A program made the translations under genes and the position numbers. Of a stretch of 64,000 nt of DNA, positions 12,054 to 26,000 are shown in pieces. The notes below the pieces were generated by a model, which saw only the letters and a list, made by a program, of their open reading frames with translations, did no database searches and was not told the DNA's origin. The stretch comes from Lepidodermella squamata. Taxonomy: Eukaryota; Animalia; Gastrotricha. Where the stretch lies: NCBI GenBank assembly GCA_047495785.1, contig JBLDXI010000020.1, forward strand, positions 2,170,001 to 2,234,000, read 5' to 3'. Each line of letters starts with the position of its first letter. The first letter of the stretch is position 1.

Positions 12054-12712
12054 AGCCAACATGGAGTTGTCGGGTTGTATTCAGTCCTATTTCATTTAAA
12101 ACGGTGTAGAACGCTTTCATCAGCGTTACGTTTTGAAAATGGGCATATTGCCAGTAAATATTTCAACACGCTTAATTGCTTTAATTGTCTTATTTTTTTA
12201 CCGAAGATTTTCGGCAAAGGGACGATCAAAATTGGTCCACTCCAGGTTTCGATGATAGATCAGAGGCGGTGGTAGGTATAGGGGTCGATCGAAAAGCCAT
12301 ATTTTGGGGAAATCTAGTCTCAAATTTCCATCCGGAACCCTAAAAGTTCATAGGTTGTGTGCACACTCATCATTAATGCAATAATTTCGATTAGACTGGC
12401 GTTAGATGCTCTGCCTGCATAATAAGATTTAGTAAGTTCAATCCTTTTCCTGTACCATACTGTAAATATGTCTTCGGAGGTCATTTTCTTGATTCTGAAA
12501 ACAGCTGTTGCCGATTGACATTTTTGAATTCCTGAATTCGCGCATTCCTGAATTCAACGCAAATTTCAACACCTGTAGGAGTCAACAGATGGCTGCAGAT
12601 GACCCATTTCCACAGGATTCCCACTGGTATTTAAACCTGAATTCAGGTCGCGTAAAGTTCACCACATAATATCATTTTCATTGTTGAGCTTGTTTTATAG
12701 ATATCGATCATC

Positions 12713-13230
12713 ATGATCTCTCTGCGATTCATCGCCTTTGCCCTAGCCGGTTTAGCCGCCGGGTTGATTTTGGTCGAATGCCACGGTGGTCTCAGGGGCG
12801 CTCTCTCGAACCTCGCTACCAGCTCTCGAAAACGTTAGTTTTCATCACTTTTGCAGCCTCGAAAAGCTTGACAATTTTTATTTTTTCAGGCTATCAGTTT
12901 GTTCACGGTCCACTGACTTGGGACGCTGCGAAGACGAAATGTGAGTTCATGCGTGGCCGCTTAGCTACTGTCGACAGCAATCTCGAACATGCTGCCGTCA
13001 AGGCTCAAGTACGAGGTCTATCAACAGGTTGGATTGGCCTTCGCAAGAACAATCTCGCCTGGCGCTGGCCTGCCGGTACCCTCGCCAGCTCTGATAACAC
13101 CTACTGGGCGTCTGGCGAGCCTCGCCCTGCTATCGGAGGCCCCGACCAGTGCGCCTACTACCGCGAAGGTTCCTGGTACAGTGCTGCCTGCTCTGCATTC
13201 CACGGCGCTATTTGCGAGCTTCCGAATTAA
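12713..13230 (+). CDS. Secreted single-domain C-type lectin-like protein (2 coding exons)
   Basis: MISLRFIAFALAGLAAGLILVECHGG signal peptide, intron ~12834-12889, then LTWDAAKTKC...GRLA...WIGL...WASGEPR...C...WYSAAC...AICE. Confidence 0.85.
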
Positions 13231-13805
13231 CGGCAGAAGATGAGATCTTGAAGATCAATCAAAAGACACATTTTTTGTTTGTTGAAAAGTTTGGAACAAT
13301 AAAAAGAGTACTGCGCCAATTCGGCTTTAAAAGAACAAGGGTAAAATGGGTGTTCTATTGTCCACATCTAAAGTACGGACAGAGTCTGGACATTCCCTGA
13401 GTTTTCATCGGCAAAAATTAGCATTTTACCTTGATAGCAGGACATGGGATTTTAGCTCAAAATTCAGACAATATTAGAATTTTGGCAGCTAAAACTCCGC
13501 GCTCCGTGTTTCGCAAATAATTATGTCATTAACCTATTTTAGTTTTAAGACGTGCAAAAAACGTAATTAACTTATTCAACGATAATGTAACAGGTCAAAA
13601 ATGTATATTGCCACGCAATTTCAGTCCGCGTTTTATTGTCTTACTCGACCTATTCGGGACTGTCTATAACATAGATATCATAACTTGGCACATTATTTAA
13701 GACCGGTAATTAAATCGGGTTAGAATCAATCGCCCTTATAAAAATAAACCGGGTTATTCTGACATAATAGGACGTTAGGACGTCCGGGATGATTCATCTC
13801 GCTAA

Positions 13806-14746
13806 TTAGCCATCAATTGCGGATGCAGCCAGGTAGGACTGAATTGACAAAACTAAATTTCGCAGCATTTGTAGTCGAACTTCGACAGCTGCAGGTTGCT
13901 CGCAGGCGAGTTTATAGGCTGATTGTAGTTGCTTATGAATTTCATCGAGCATATCGTCACGGTTCGCTAAACACGGATGATCTGTCAAATCGCAAATTTA
14001 AACATTAGTCCCACATAATCGTCTTGAGTTAGGACGTTATAGTAAATATAAAAATAACTGAAAATTGAACCTACGCCTTAGCTGCACCAGAATTAGCAAC
14101 AAGTTTGCTTCTTCCGAACACGAAACACTTGGTTGAGCAGGAATTCCTGATTCCTGATAAAGAAAAAATTGTAAAAAAAATTGAAAATGAAGAAAAGCTT
14201 ATACCTCTCTAACTTCGATTTCTGAAGCCGCGGCCTCCTCTGTAGCTCCACTCGCTGAACTTTCCATACTGTTTCGGTGGTCTTTCAGATATCGCATTCC
14301 GATTTGCAAACATTTTTTCAACCGGCAGTGAGGGCACAAAAATCGAAGCGTAGATCCTAGGCTATTTGTTGGCAGCGAAGACCGGCTATGATCGTCCAAC
14401 TTCCACCTTAATTCCAAACAGTTGAACTGGCCACTACTGCATTGCATTTTATCCAATTCTCGGTTCCGGTTGCGGAGAAAAAATTTCTGGTAATTTTTAA
14501 TTGAAAACTAATTTTAAGGAGGAGTTTTTTATTACTCACTTTACACGCCTCGCATGCGTAAACTCCACATTTCACTTTTTTGGGGGTCAGCAAAGCGCAT
14601 ACCTGAATGAAATGATTGAAAATTGATTTCACTTGATATCGTTTTCTTACCTCGCATTTTACCATATCGATATGCTTTTCCATGACGAGTTTGGTAGCGG
14701 AAATTTGCAACAGAATGGTGTTGCTATTCGATGAAGCTTCGGGCAT
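13806..14746 (-). CDS. Divergent nuclear receptor NR-A: C4 zinc-finger DBD plus partial LBD
   Basis: Spliced CE|VCALLTPKKVKCGVYACEACK|KFFLRNR...CPHCRLKKCLQIGM. Short C-terminal exons align with helices 8-10 of the paralogs. Confidence 0.8.
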
Positions 14747-15539
14747 TATCCCACAAGGCTGATGGAGATAGTGACTCCTTGCTATGTTATATACCTATCA
14801 GATGACGTTCAGGTCGTCGCGAGTTAAATTGGCGGCCTCACGTTGTCAATTTGCGAACGGCGCCGCTAATTGCCCAAAATTTGCGTCGTGGCACAATAAA
14901 AACGTTTTTCGAGAGTGTAATAAAATTTGCAACCGCGCAAAGGTCATGAAATAATTGCTTGGCTGGCAGCTAGCTGTCATCTTTCTGCGAATCGCGTGCA
15001 GACGTCGAACATGATTCATGTAATTTCGATCATTTGGCTTCATGTTTTTGTTTGGACTCGGTAAATGATCACCAATTTATTATTACAGCATTATAGATAT
15101 GTTCAATCTACAGCTTCAAACGTAATGTCAGTTTATCAGTGAAATGCCGTGTTTTACGTAGGTGACAATTGTCGTATAATTGTGTTGATTCAGTCCTCCA
15201 CCGCTGTTTATGTCCAAAAAACGCACACTTGTATTTTGTTTTGACATATTTTTAATGAACACGGGCATTCCATCAAACTTGCAGACTGACGATATCACGA
15301 ATCACGGGCTATCATGTGACTGCAAAATTCCACGTACGCTGTTTTTACTCTATTTACCGGGACTTGAAGAACTCAAATAAGGATTGAAGCGCCATTTTGT
15401 CCAATTCCAACGCTAGGTACTTACTAAAGAAAATTCGGAAAAATCAGCAACTTCAAGGGTAGAAAAATGAACGAAACCGGTAGAACGCCCTTCACTTCAG
15501 CTTTATTTAGAGATAAGTATAAAACACCTTAGTACCGCA

Positions 15540-16105
15540 AGGTGCGTTAAAAGGTACAATTTTGCCCACTAAAGCCCCTTTTTCGTCAACCATCTGATTC
15601 TAGCGATAATTAATAAAAAAATTTCCCGAAAATCAAGGTGGGGTGATAGAAATACTGGGAAATTCTATAATTATCAGCATGATCTCAGCTTTTATTGCCC
15701 AAATCAATCCAATGAAGGCAATTCCGAAGAGTGGACAAAATCGTACCAGATATGGACAACATTGCACCAGCGAGTAAGGACAAAGTTCTACCTTAAAAAA
15801 CGCCTACTTCAAAGTCAATTTACCGGGAATTAAGACAATTGAAATTTTTCGTTCCACCAGGACGATTCCTAGCTTTAAGTTACCTTCATTTTATTTATTT
15901 AAAACTGTTGTCAAGATTCCAGCTGGGCGAGAGATGATATCGGTATTTTGGAGCTTTTTATTTAAAAAATCACCAATCGATAATAGAACCGAATTCGGAA
16001 ATGCAAAATTGATAGCTTTTAGTACCTTAAGTGACAGGCGATTTTTCTGACATTTTCCCGAATTTTGTCTCCGAAAAGGAAAAGTAGGCCGACAGGTGAA
16101 AGAAG
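15540..16105. repeat. Dispersed repeat, copy 1 (inverted partner at ~28433-29190)
   Basis: Blocks such as ATCAAGGTGGGGTGATA, TTACCTTCATTTTA and TTTTGTCTCCGAAA.GAAAAGTAGGCC.ACAGGTGAAAGAA recur reverse-complemented in the NR-C intron. Confidence 0.7.
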
Positions 16106-16640
16106 TGCGGGCAAACCTCTGTACGGTACTGAATAAAAATTAGTTTTCACTGCATGAGAACAACAATGTCTTCTCAAAGTACGGTGCTACTTAAAAAGTT
16201 TGCTTCATTTCAGATTTGCTCATTTTCTTTGAATTTTACGATAAGAGCAAAATAATTGCCATGGGTTTTCTGGTTTTTTGTCCATTTTGAACACACACTT
16301 AATCAGTGCAGAATTACATGCTCAATATAGAGCGTGAAAAATGACCCTTTATGCGGTATTTTAGCGACTATCTATTAAAATTTACCTATCACTTTTAACA
16401 GATGTGACAGTTTAGTGACAACAGGACTACGCTAATTAATCGATTCTGAGCGTCATTCGATTAGTATCGCGACATGTCCCGCGTACAAGATGAATAATCA
16501 AGATAAAAAAGCTCAAGACAGAATAAATTTCCGTCGACCTATAATAAAGTCTCATTATAATTGATTTAGATTTTGTCACCTAAAATCGGGAAAAACCGCA
16601 ACCCCCACGCATTTTGGCTGGGTACAACAGATGACGCTTT

Positions 16641-18094
16641 TTATTCCCAACAATTAGGCGAACGAATCAAATCAACGCGACCGGACGTCTTTCGATTGTC
16701 CGCGTGGTAACCGATTTTCTGCCTACAGTCCCAAGTGCAGTCCGATTCGCCGTCACAATAGCAAGTTTTCGTATGAAAACAAGTCTCGTTCGGCTGATTA
16801 CCGTACATGACAGATTTTGCGTAAAATTTCGGTGCGATGTAATGGCTACAACGGCCGAAACTGCCCAGCGCGTATGAACACCCTGGTTGAGATGAAGAAA
16901 TGTCATTTAGGAAGAAATCGACATCGCCGACCGGGAAGGCTAGGCCGATAGTTGACGTGTGGTAGACGTCGACGAAATCAGCGTCATCCGGCGAAACTCG
17001 ATCGTCAGGCCCGGCCGTGTCGAATCTCGCCCCGGCCGGGTCGAGGGCGGTCAACCGGCCACATGGCAGTTTCAAGCCGATTTGCTTCAGCCGTTGGCAA
17101 AAAAATGCGCAAACGTGAGCGCCGAGGCTGAAGCCGATGCAGTGGACATTTGTTGAATTGAGTTCGGTATTAGCGTAGCCGGCTAGCCGGTCGATGAACT
17201 CGGCGACGCCGTGACCTACTGTTCTAACGTTAGCGGCCGCTTTTGAGTAGGGTGACAGCAAAGTGTTTCTCGCTCCCTTTTGCCAATCGATAAATAAAAT
17301 TTTCGCATTCGGCTAAAATTTGAAAATTTAAATATTTACAATTTTGAAATATGGAATTTGGCCAACATTTTTCAAATTTTTGAAGTTTCAAAATTAATTT
17401 TGTGGGCTAAGAGAATGAAATAATAAAAAAATGGGTCTCATGTTGCGAAGGTCATGTGTCCTTTTTTAGGTCATTTTTTTATTACCTTAGCGTCTAAAAT
17501 GTTGTTGACGAGAGGAGCGGTCCATCTTTCGACTGTTCCCCCACATAATTTTCCGAGCCATCCATGGGAAATTATGACCAAATCTCCGTAATCGATATCG
17601 TTGTCGAATATGCTGTGTCTGCTGAGTCTCCTTAACCGATTTGGACTGCTTAAGAGTGGAACCGACTCTGGGACATGTTCGAATGCAGCGCCTTAATAAA
17701 TTAATAAAATTCAATATTTTCAGACTGTTATTTTTAAATTGAATTTTTTTTCGATAAATTAACGAAACTTACAATATTTTCGCGATCGAAGTTTAGGCGC
17801 ATCGTTGCTAAAGACGTGAACGGTTGGTTGAATGAGACGGAGCGTGTCAGGGTCGGAGCCAGGTATCACATTAGCGGCTGATTTAAGGAACCTTTTCAAC
17901 GAGAATGAACAATATTTTTCTGGAATATTCTTTGAAATTTTGGCAGACCATTCTATTGCTTTCCACGAGTTTCTGTAATTAATTTAATTCATGTTTAGTT
18001 TTAATTAGTAATTGAAAACAACGTACATGTCTTTTGGCAACAGAGATAAACTGAAAAGCAAGTAAAATAAAAATTGTGAAAAATATCTCGCCAT
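16641..18094 (-). CDS. Secreted pancreatic/lipoprotein-lipase family triacylglycerol lipase or phospholipase A1 (multi-exon)
   Basis: Signal peptide MARYFSQFLFYLLFSLSLL, oxyanion-region HGW, nucleophile HCIGFSLGAHV, catalytic LDPAG, DADFVDVYHT, QPGC and CSH. Confidence 0.9.
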
Positions 18095-18928
18095 GGTGCA
18101 TTCAGAAAAATTTCTGTGGCACTCAATACCAACTAACTTTTTTACGCACCTTGCGTGTAAACTTGCCATGCATGGCTGGAAACAGCGATGAAAACTACTG
18201 CTGTTTAATGGCTTCAAAAGCAGCAGAGCAGAACATGCAAAAAAGGTTGGGTTAGATCGGGAAACCAGGTAATAGAGCCTAATGACCTCTTGAAAAATGC
18301 TCACGAAATTGCGTAATAAAGCAGGGCCAAAACGAGACCTAATTTATCGTCTTACAAATTTTCGATCATCATCTTCGTTGATTTAAAACAAAAAATCCGT
18401 CCTCTCGCAGTTGAATTTTGACAATGAATTTTCGCATGTCCCTTACTGGTCCTTGTCGGTGCGTAGATTTCCCGTCAACAAAAATTTTGTGTGCGAGATT
18501 TTTCTTGAATGTGCGCAATAAAAAAATGTTGGAAAATGCTCAGTTTTTATTTTTATTTTCACGAACCTTCCTGATGATGTGTCAACCCAAATATAACCAT
18601 TTCCCATTGTTATGAACTTCTAAAGTTACGCACCAAGTTATGTCTTCCATATCCCAATGGGAGCCACTAGATCAAGCCATCTATTAACTATTTTTCGACA
18701 CTTTCATTGTTTTCTCAGGTTGGAAGACGTCCTCAATTAAGGCATGGGTCATTTCATTTTGCAAGGTCACTCTTATCCCAAATATCACAATGGGTGGAAA
18801 TAATACCAATTTAATTTCTCACATTTTTTGGGATACCTACAACCTAGATAAGGACCAAAAACAGCGTGCTTGTATGGCTGTTAAATACCAAATTCCAAAC
18901 TTTATTTAGGGATATTCAGATACACTAG

Positions 18929-20545
18929 ATGCCGCCATCTAACGCTAGTGATTCAACTATGCTGAGTTCAAGAGCGCTTGAATCGAAATCATCATTCTGT
19001 TTGGTAAATTTCTTAAAAACTTCATTTAATTTCGATATTGATCGCTACAAATATTACAGGTATGCGGTGCCCCATCGCAGGGTATGAGATGCGGAGCGGC
19101 AGCATGCGATGCTTGCAAGGTACAATTTGAAGCTTTTTCCTAAAATTAAAATTTAAAATTTTCGGTTATTTTCCAGAAATTTTTCCTTCGAAATCGGACT
19201 CGAGTTAACGATCCGATGCTAAGGTGTTCAACAGGCCGTGGTGATTGCATGGCTTCAGTCGAGTTGCTCAAGTCCGATCGGCAAGCACGACGCCGGTACT
19301 GCGCTAAATGCCGCCTTGATCGTTGCATCGAAATCGGAATGCGCCATTTCGGTGGAACAAGCCACAATTCTTCATCGTCATCATCATCATCATCGAAAGC
19401 TGTGCTTTCACGTTCGCCTCTTCGCCAAGAGTGCTCGCCAGCCGAGGCCACGCTTCGCATCGCCACATCGGCAGTAGCGGGCCTTTTTGCATTTCAATCG
19501 GTAAAAAATTCGCGATAAAAAGGTTATGAAATTATTGAAAACATTTAGATGCCTTGGACTCTGACATCTGAGGAATTTTCGAGGTAAAAATCACCCTGTT
19601 TTATTTTTGCTTCTTATTAGCATTATTTGATTTTTTCCAAGCGATTCCGCTTTGTGGCTCCACGCTATGGTTAATTTCAACTACATAGTCGAACACGGGT
19701 CGGATTTTGTCAAATCTCTACCAGATATGCCTTTTATTTTTCATGAGACTTTATTTTAATAACATTATTTTGTTTTTAAGAATCAAAGAGCTACCAATCG
19801 CTGATCGAATTGCGCTATTTTCGCGATCACTCGTACCGCTTCTTGTCATTCAAGTGACAACGCCCGAACACAGCGATTTTCGCTTTTTCGGGATGACCCC
19901 GAAAATCCGACCGCGTTTCATGAAATTTTTCCCAGTTTTTAAGGTGGGCTTTTAAAAATCTCAACATTTTCTCATTGTATTCCTATTATTGGCTTAGATC
20001 TGCGAGGATACCTGCGATGAAATAGCTCAATTGATGGAAGCATGGAGCCCGTCCTTTGCTGAATTCGCCCTGTTACAAGCCATGATTTATTTTCGAGGTA
20101 TTCCTAATTTAATTCCTAATTTAATGTATCTAAATTTAATTTCAGGTGATCGATTGGAAGCTTTGACCCGGCCTGATATTGTGAGGCAAATTAACACACA
20201 ACTCATCAGGGCACTTGAATGGTACCTGACTCGTGAGACGAACAATCCTGACCTTGGGGTAAACGAAAACATTGAAGTTTTCATTTCGTTGACTATTTGT
20301 GATTGAAGCGCCAACTTTTCTTCCTGATTTTCAATCGAATGCGCAAATTTGAAGATGATTACAGAGAGACGATAACACGGCTGGCGAACGACCGGCCAGA
20401 TTTGGCTCATTCCAACCGAACTTTCGCCGAGATTTACGACCTTCCGCCTTTCGAGAAGGCCGAGCAATACCGGCGGCTTGGATTACCGCCACTTGGCGAG
20501 TGCCTCAGCCTCAGCGATGAAACGTGTGAGAGCTATGACAATTGA
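18929..20545 (+). CDS. Divergent nuclear receptor NR-B (DBD + LBD, ~8-9 exons)
   Basis: FCL|VCGAPSQGMRCGAAACDACK|KFFLRNR...CAKCRLDRCIEIGM. LBD IKELPIADRIALF, EFALLQAMIYF and AF-2-like FAEIY. Confidence 0.85.
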
Positions 20546-23027
20546 ATCAACATGACAATCGACAAGATTCTTATTGTTTTTTTATGATTAAAAACTGTAA
20601 AATTTGAAAATAAAATGTTAAATTCGCAGTGGATAGGAATTTTTTGAAAGTAAAGAGCTGATAACATATTTTTTCTTGATTTACCACGTTCAGCGGATAA
20701 TATATATTTTATTGTTATAAACAACAAAAGTCCGCTGTTATTTATAAATAACAGTTGCCATAACGACACTGGAGTAACTAGAATTTCTTTGGATATCTGT
20801 TTTAAGGTTTAGGATTATTTCATTTAACAGGTTCGTATAGGAAAGAATTAATCATCTTGCTGCTGCGATAGGCTATTTCCGAAAGGATTCGATGGATGGT
20901 CGGTTTGCCGATTCCTAAATTGCGCAATGCGTCCACTAAAAAAATAAAAAAAAATACGGAACTGTTCAGGTGACTTAATTTCAGGTAAATCACGGTAAAT
21001 TCAGGTATATGCAGGTAATGTTTTTAATCAATTTTGTTCAAGCTATAACAACCGAAATTTATCTCCACCGGCATAAAAAAATTTTTGCTAGGGCATTATG
21101 TAATATCAATTGAGTTGTTACCCAATTACCAAGCTGGGGACATCACGCATGACGGCGATGAAGATGATGCTGCGATTGGTTTTAATTTCGGATGACGTTT
21201 TGTCCTAATTTGGCTAATTTTTTTTTGAATATGGCAATCAGAATAATTTACCCAAGTACGCACATCCCATACCAAAATTTACCAAAAAATGTTGCTGATA
21301 CTGCAAATTTGACTTTGTTAGTTTCATAACAAATTTCAATAAGTCACTATAAAAAAAAGTTTATGACAGTCATAAATTTCGGCTGATTTGTCGCCGGGTG
21401 GTTTGTTGTTCCTCTCAAATGTCTTGGGAGAAAATAACTGCAGAGCTTCTTTATCATTCTGTAGAATCATGCCAATAATTCGCGAATTTTTTCCCACTTT
21501 CAAACTCTATTTTTAAGATAATTCTTGCGAAAAACCAAGTTATTTAATTCGTAAATATATGATCCATCTTAAATTTCGTGAGCGGGCGGAAACAACGGGG
21601 AAATTTTTTTCCGTTTAAGTAAGAAATATTTTTCGGCTCCCAATATAAGCAGCTGTTGTAGTCGAAGTGTTGTTCAGAGGCTGCGCCATTTGAGCATTTT
21701 CAGCGGAAATGAATCTCGTTTCTGTCCTCAAGGATTCCTTACAACGTTTAGCCCAAAATTGTCTCAACGCACGGTTCAAAATGACTAAAACCCCTTATTC
21801 CAATCTAACAATAACTGTCCCTTTTCTGGCATGAAAACTTAAAACGCACTTGCTGCGATTATTGTCCCGGCCAGTGTGGATAGGGCAAGACTGAAAAATT
21901 AATCGAAAACACGTGGTGTTTGTATTTCAAAGCCACGCCCCAAACAAAAAACATCTCACAGAATTCATTTTGCTTTTAAATTTTCTTCTATTTTCGGACG
22001 TTTCGCCTTAACAGCAGCAGCGTGAAACATTTACCGATTTCATTAAAAGTCTAACAGTATCAATAACCAGGACGCGGTATTACATGCCGCGCGCAATTAT
22101 TAGTAGCGTGTGTGACCTTATTTTCGCGCGTCGATCTTTGTGCACATCTTCCTTTCGGCCGCCACTCGGCGGATTAGCGGCGCTGCGTTATCTAGCTATC
22201 TGTGTTCCGGGCCGGTGAAGGCTGCTCCGTATTTCCCAATCTGATACCCACGCGACCATATGCGTCCGGCATGCTTCTAATTTTAAACATTCGGCGCTCG
22301 TGCCGGCATTTTTTTCTACTAGCCAACTTCCTTAATTATCTCGTCGAAGCTATTTTAGTCCATTACCCTGGTGGTGCTTTTTTCAAACTATTATTATCTT
22401 TCTTGATAAACGCGAGCAAGTGAATCCTTGACGAGCAAGTGATTTCAATTTTGCCTAATTATTTGGGAATTTTTAGAATTATCGCAGCAATACTATCAAT
22501 TTATACTTTTGTCGCAAGCTATAGTTTTTAATGTCTTTTTTCTCGGGGTGATGAGCCTTCTTCATGCATTCATTCATTTATTTGATTGGTGATGCACATT
22601 CATAGCTTAGATAAGATGAATTGTTCATTTATCCACGTAAAAATCAAACGCGCGATCGTCATCACGTGACGGCTGGAAAAATATCTGCCAATTCTACCTT
22701 AGAACAGACCTTTCATTCTAGTAAAAATAAAAAGACAAATAAATAAAGTAGGTCGTGTGCTGAGGTCACCAAAAAGACAGGGTAATAATCATCACATGAC
22801 ACCTAAATTTATATAATAGGCCCATACCCGATTTTTGTAAACAATTTTTCCACTGCGAAGGTGTTTTTCCAGACAGCAGCCGCAGACTTTGTTTTCTGGG
22901 TGATTTTGCTATATAACCGTGGAAACTAAACGAGGCCAAGCTTGATTTATTTCTCGAAATTGTGCTGAATTTATCGAAAATGAAATTAGTTTATTATCGA
23001 AACCGATACCGAATCGTTCCCATTTAC

Positions 23028-26000
23028 ATGGCTGGCGATGATGCGACACTTGGCGATGATATGATAGATGACGTTGTTTGCGCGGTAAAACAATTCGGAA
23101 AAATTCAATAATTTTCTTTTATAAAATTCAATATTATAAGGTGTGTGAGGTGCCGCTGAAAAATTCGCCATCCTATCGAATCACAGTTCCTGCCTGCGAT
23201 GCTTGCAAGGTATATTGAATATTCGAGCTGTATATCTTTTTTATATATCTTTTTTATTTTTTTCAGAAATTCTTTTGGCGTAACCGCAACAGTGATCTCA
23301 ATGCGCTTCAGTGCGTTACGTTGTACGGCGAGTGCAGCGTCGTCGGGTGTATCGGGCCGAATTCAAATGTTCGCCGGCCGATTTGCGCCCACTGCCGCTT
23401 GGCGAAATGTTTCGCCGTCGGGCTGTCAAGTAAAGGTATCGTAGTAGTAATTCCATTTTATTCATTCATAAATTCGATGCGTAATCTATGCGTTTATTAT
23501 TTCGATTTCAATCGCGCGACTCGTATAACGGACGAGAAATCGATAATATACGGGTTTATGGCTTATTATTTTTCATAAAAAAAATAAAGTAAAATAAGGC
23601 GCACTTATTTGGCCTAGTTCGATTTTTGCTACTTATTTTTTTCTCCATGCTTGATGAGCAAAAATAGAATTGGTACACGTACGATTTTTAGCCCAGAAAA
23701 TGATAAATCATTTGAACCGGATGGTCCAGCTGATTCATCAGCGCTTTGAAGGTAGAGTATACTCTTTTCTCGTGAGTAAGCAGTCTATAGCAAATTATGT
23801 CTATGATTTATTGAGAATTTAGGAAAAAAATATTATATCCGCCATTAAAATTGAGGTCTACGTTGAAATAACGTTTTTGCACTCGAATTGCCCATTTTTC
23901 ACGTTTTTGAACTCATCTCATGATTGTTAAAATGGTCCTCATTTTGATATCCCAAACATTTTTTCAAGAAAAATTCGATCAAAACGTTCAAGAAAAACGG
24001 GAAAAATCGAGTGCAAAACGTCAATTCCGCGCACCCAATTTTAAAACAGAATGCCAAAAAATTCAGCGATTACGCTTAACGAAAGTTTTTTTTTTTTTTT
24101 TTAAATAAAACCCATTAAAGCCCAGAATGTTGTCGGAAAATATGTTTATTTTTCTTTCCCTATTGACACGTGCTTTTCCGATAGAGAAAGTTCGGGGATT
24201 AAGAATCTGAAAACCGCATATTTTTTTCATCTACCGTTATTGAGATATTCCAATGTCAAGTTGTCACGTGACCTTACCTTTTGTCACACCCAAATGACCC
24301 AAAGTGATAATCTCGGAGGTAAGTTTGCTCCAAGACTGAGAAACAGGAATAACTGGGATGCAACTTCCATCACTTGTATATTACCGTGGTGTGGGGTAAC
24401 TTGGCCGGAAATATGGTTTTTTGAACCACTTATGCCTCTTGTAACTTGTTTCGCTTTAAATTTCATACCTAAAAATTCCCGTTCGATTCTCGATCGATTG
24501 GTAAAAACCCGGTCGACGACCGATAAAATCAATCGCTTCTGTGGAGGTTGAAGTGATCTTGACCAGTGGGGTAACTTGGCCGCATGGCTATATTTCGCTT
24601 AGCGATGAGGTAGAAACTAGGAGGATGATTCATCAGGTCCTCTCATGTCTAGGCCAAATTTTAGTGCGCACTTCGCATGTTAAAAATCGGCCAATTTACC
24701 CCTCAAAATGCAGGTAATTACCGCTCGCGATTGCGACATCAGGTTTTTGAGTTCAAGATGTCATCTGAAAGATATCACCGAGAGGAATCTTTCTGTGAAA
24801 TCGGCGTCTTCCTCCGATCCCAGAATTCCTTGTTATAAATGCTCAAAACTCAGCGCCTAAAGTGAACGAGTTGGTACTGACCTTCCTTGTCATTTAAAAA
24901 ACGATTTTCGAATTCGGTGAAAAGGGAGTTGTAGCAATGCTCCTATGAAAAATCTTTCGTGAAAAACGTTTTTCTCGATGTGAAATTGACCAGAAGGCGA
25001 CTTTTACGGCCAAGTTACCCCACGCCATGGTAGTGTTACTTATTGGTGTAAAAATAACATTTTCCTGAACAGGCATTCAGTAAAAACTTATTCATCTGGT
25101 TTCGGACAGAACTGGGATTTTCGGTGAGCCCAGTGTGAATATTTAAATTAGGGTCAAATTAGGGTAAAAAATGCTCGAGTTTGAGAGTGAATTTCGGTCT
25201 GTTTGAAATAAGAGACCCTAAATAGCCGACCGCAGATCTACCGGTTAAAATCGATAGCAAAAAATGGGCGAAAAATAATCGCTATAATCAATTGGCTAAA
25301 ATCCTAAATTAACGTGAAATTAACGTAGAATTTTGGCATAATTATTGGCATTTTCGCCTTGTTATAATCTGATATCCATTGTATCCTAACCTTAAGGAAT
25401 TACCTCTTTAAATAAAACTCGGTTCTATTTTCAAGTTTATACCTTTACTAGGTGCGACCCCGGGTAAAAATAAACGAAAACGCAAAGAATCGGCCCCGCT
25501 CGATCAGCAATCGAGTAATCCTAAACAAAGTGACCGATCGCCATCAGACAGAAGCTCGCGGTCATCGTCATCCTCCGATGAATCCCGCTCGCCCGGCCAG
25601 CAGTCGGCCGATGAAAGCATGTCAGCTACGTCGACGTCTTCGGCCAGCATTCCGCTTATTCACACTGCGTCTAGTTCGCGGGCGGAGAGCAGCAACCATT
25701 CGGGTGTTTCGCCCGCGATAGCCGCCCTCATCGCGAAATCCGAGCCGAAAGTGTTGCAGAAAATGGAGAATATATCGATTGAAACCGTCATCAAGTTGTC
25801 TGTCGAAGCTGCTGCTGAATTGAGCCCTATTCAATCGGTGAGACATTTCGTCCGATAGGGTATTTTTACATTTTCTGCTTAGATCTTAGTCAAATGTTTC
25901 TGCTTAGATAACAATGCGAAAAATTCACCCCTAAAAAATTTCACCGCAAAAGTAAAAAGTTCACAACCTCATGGCCAGAAAATATTTAAAAAAATTAAAA

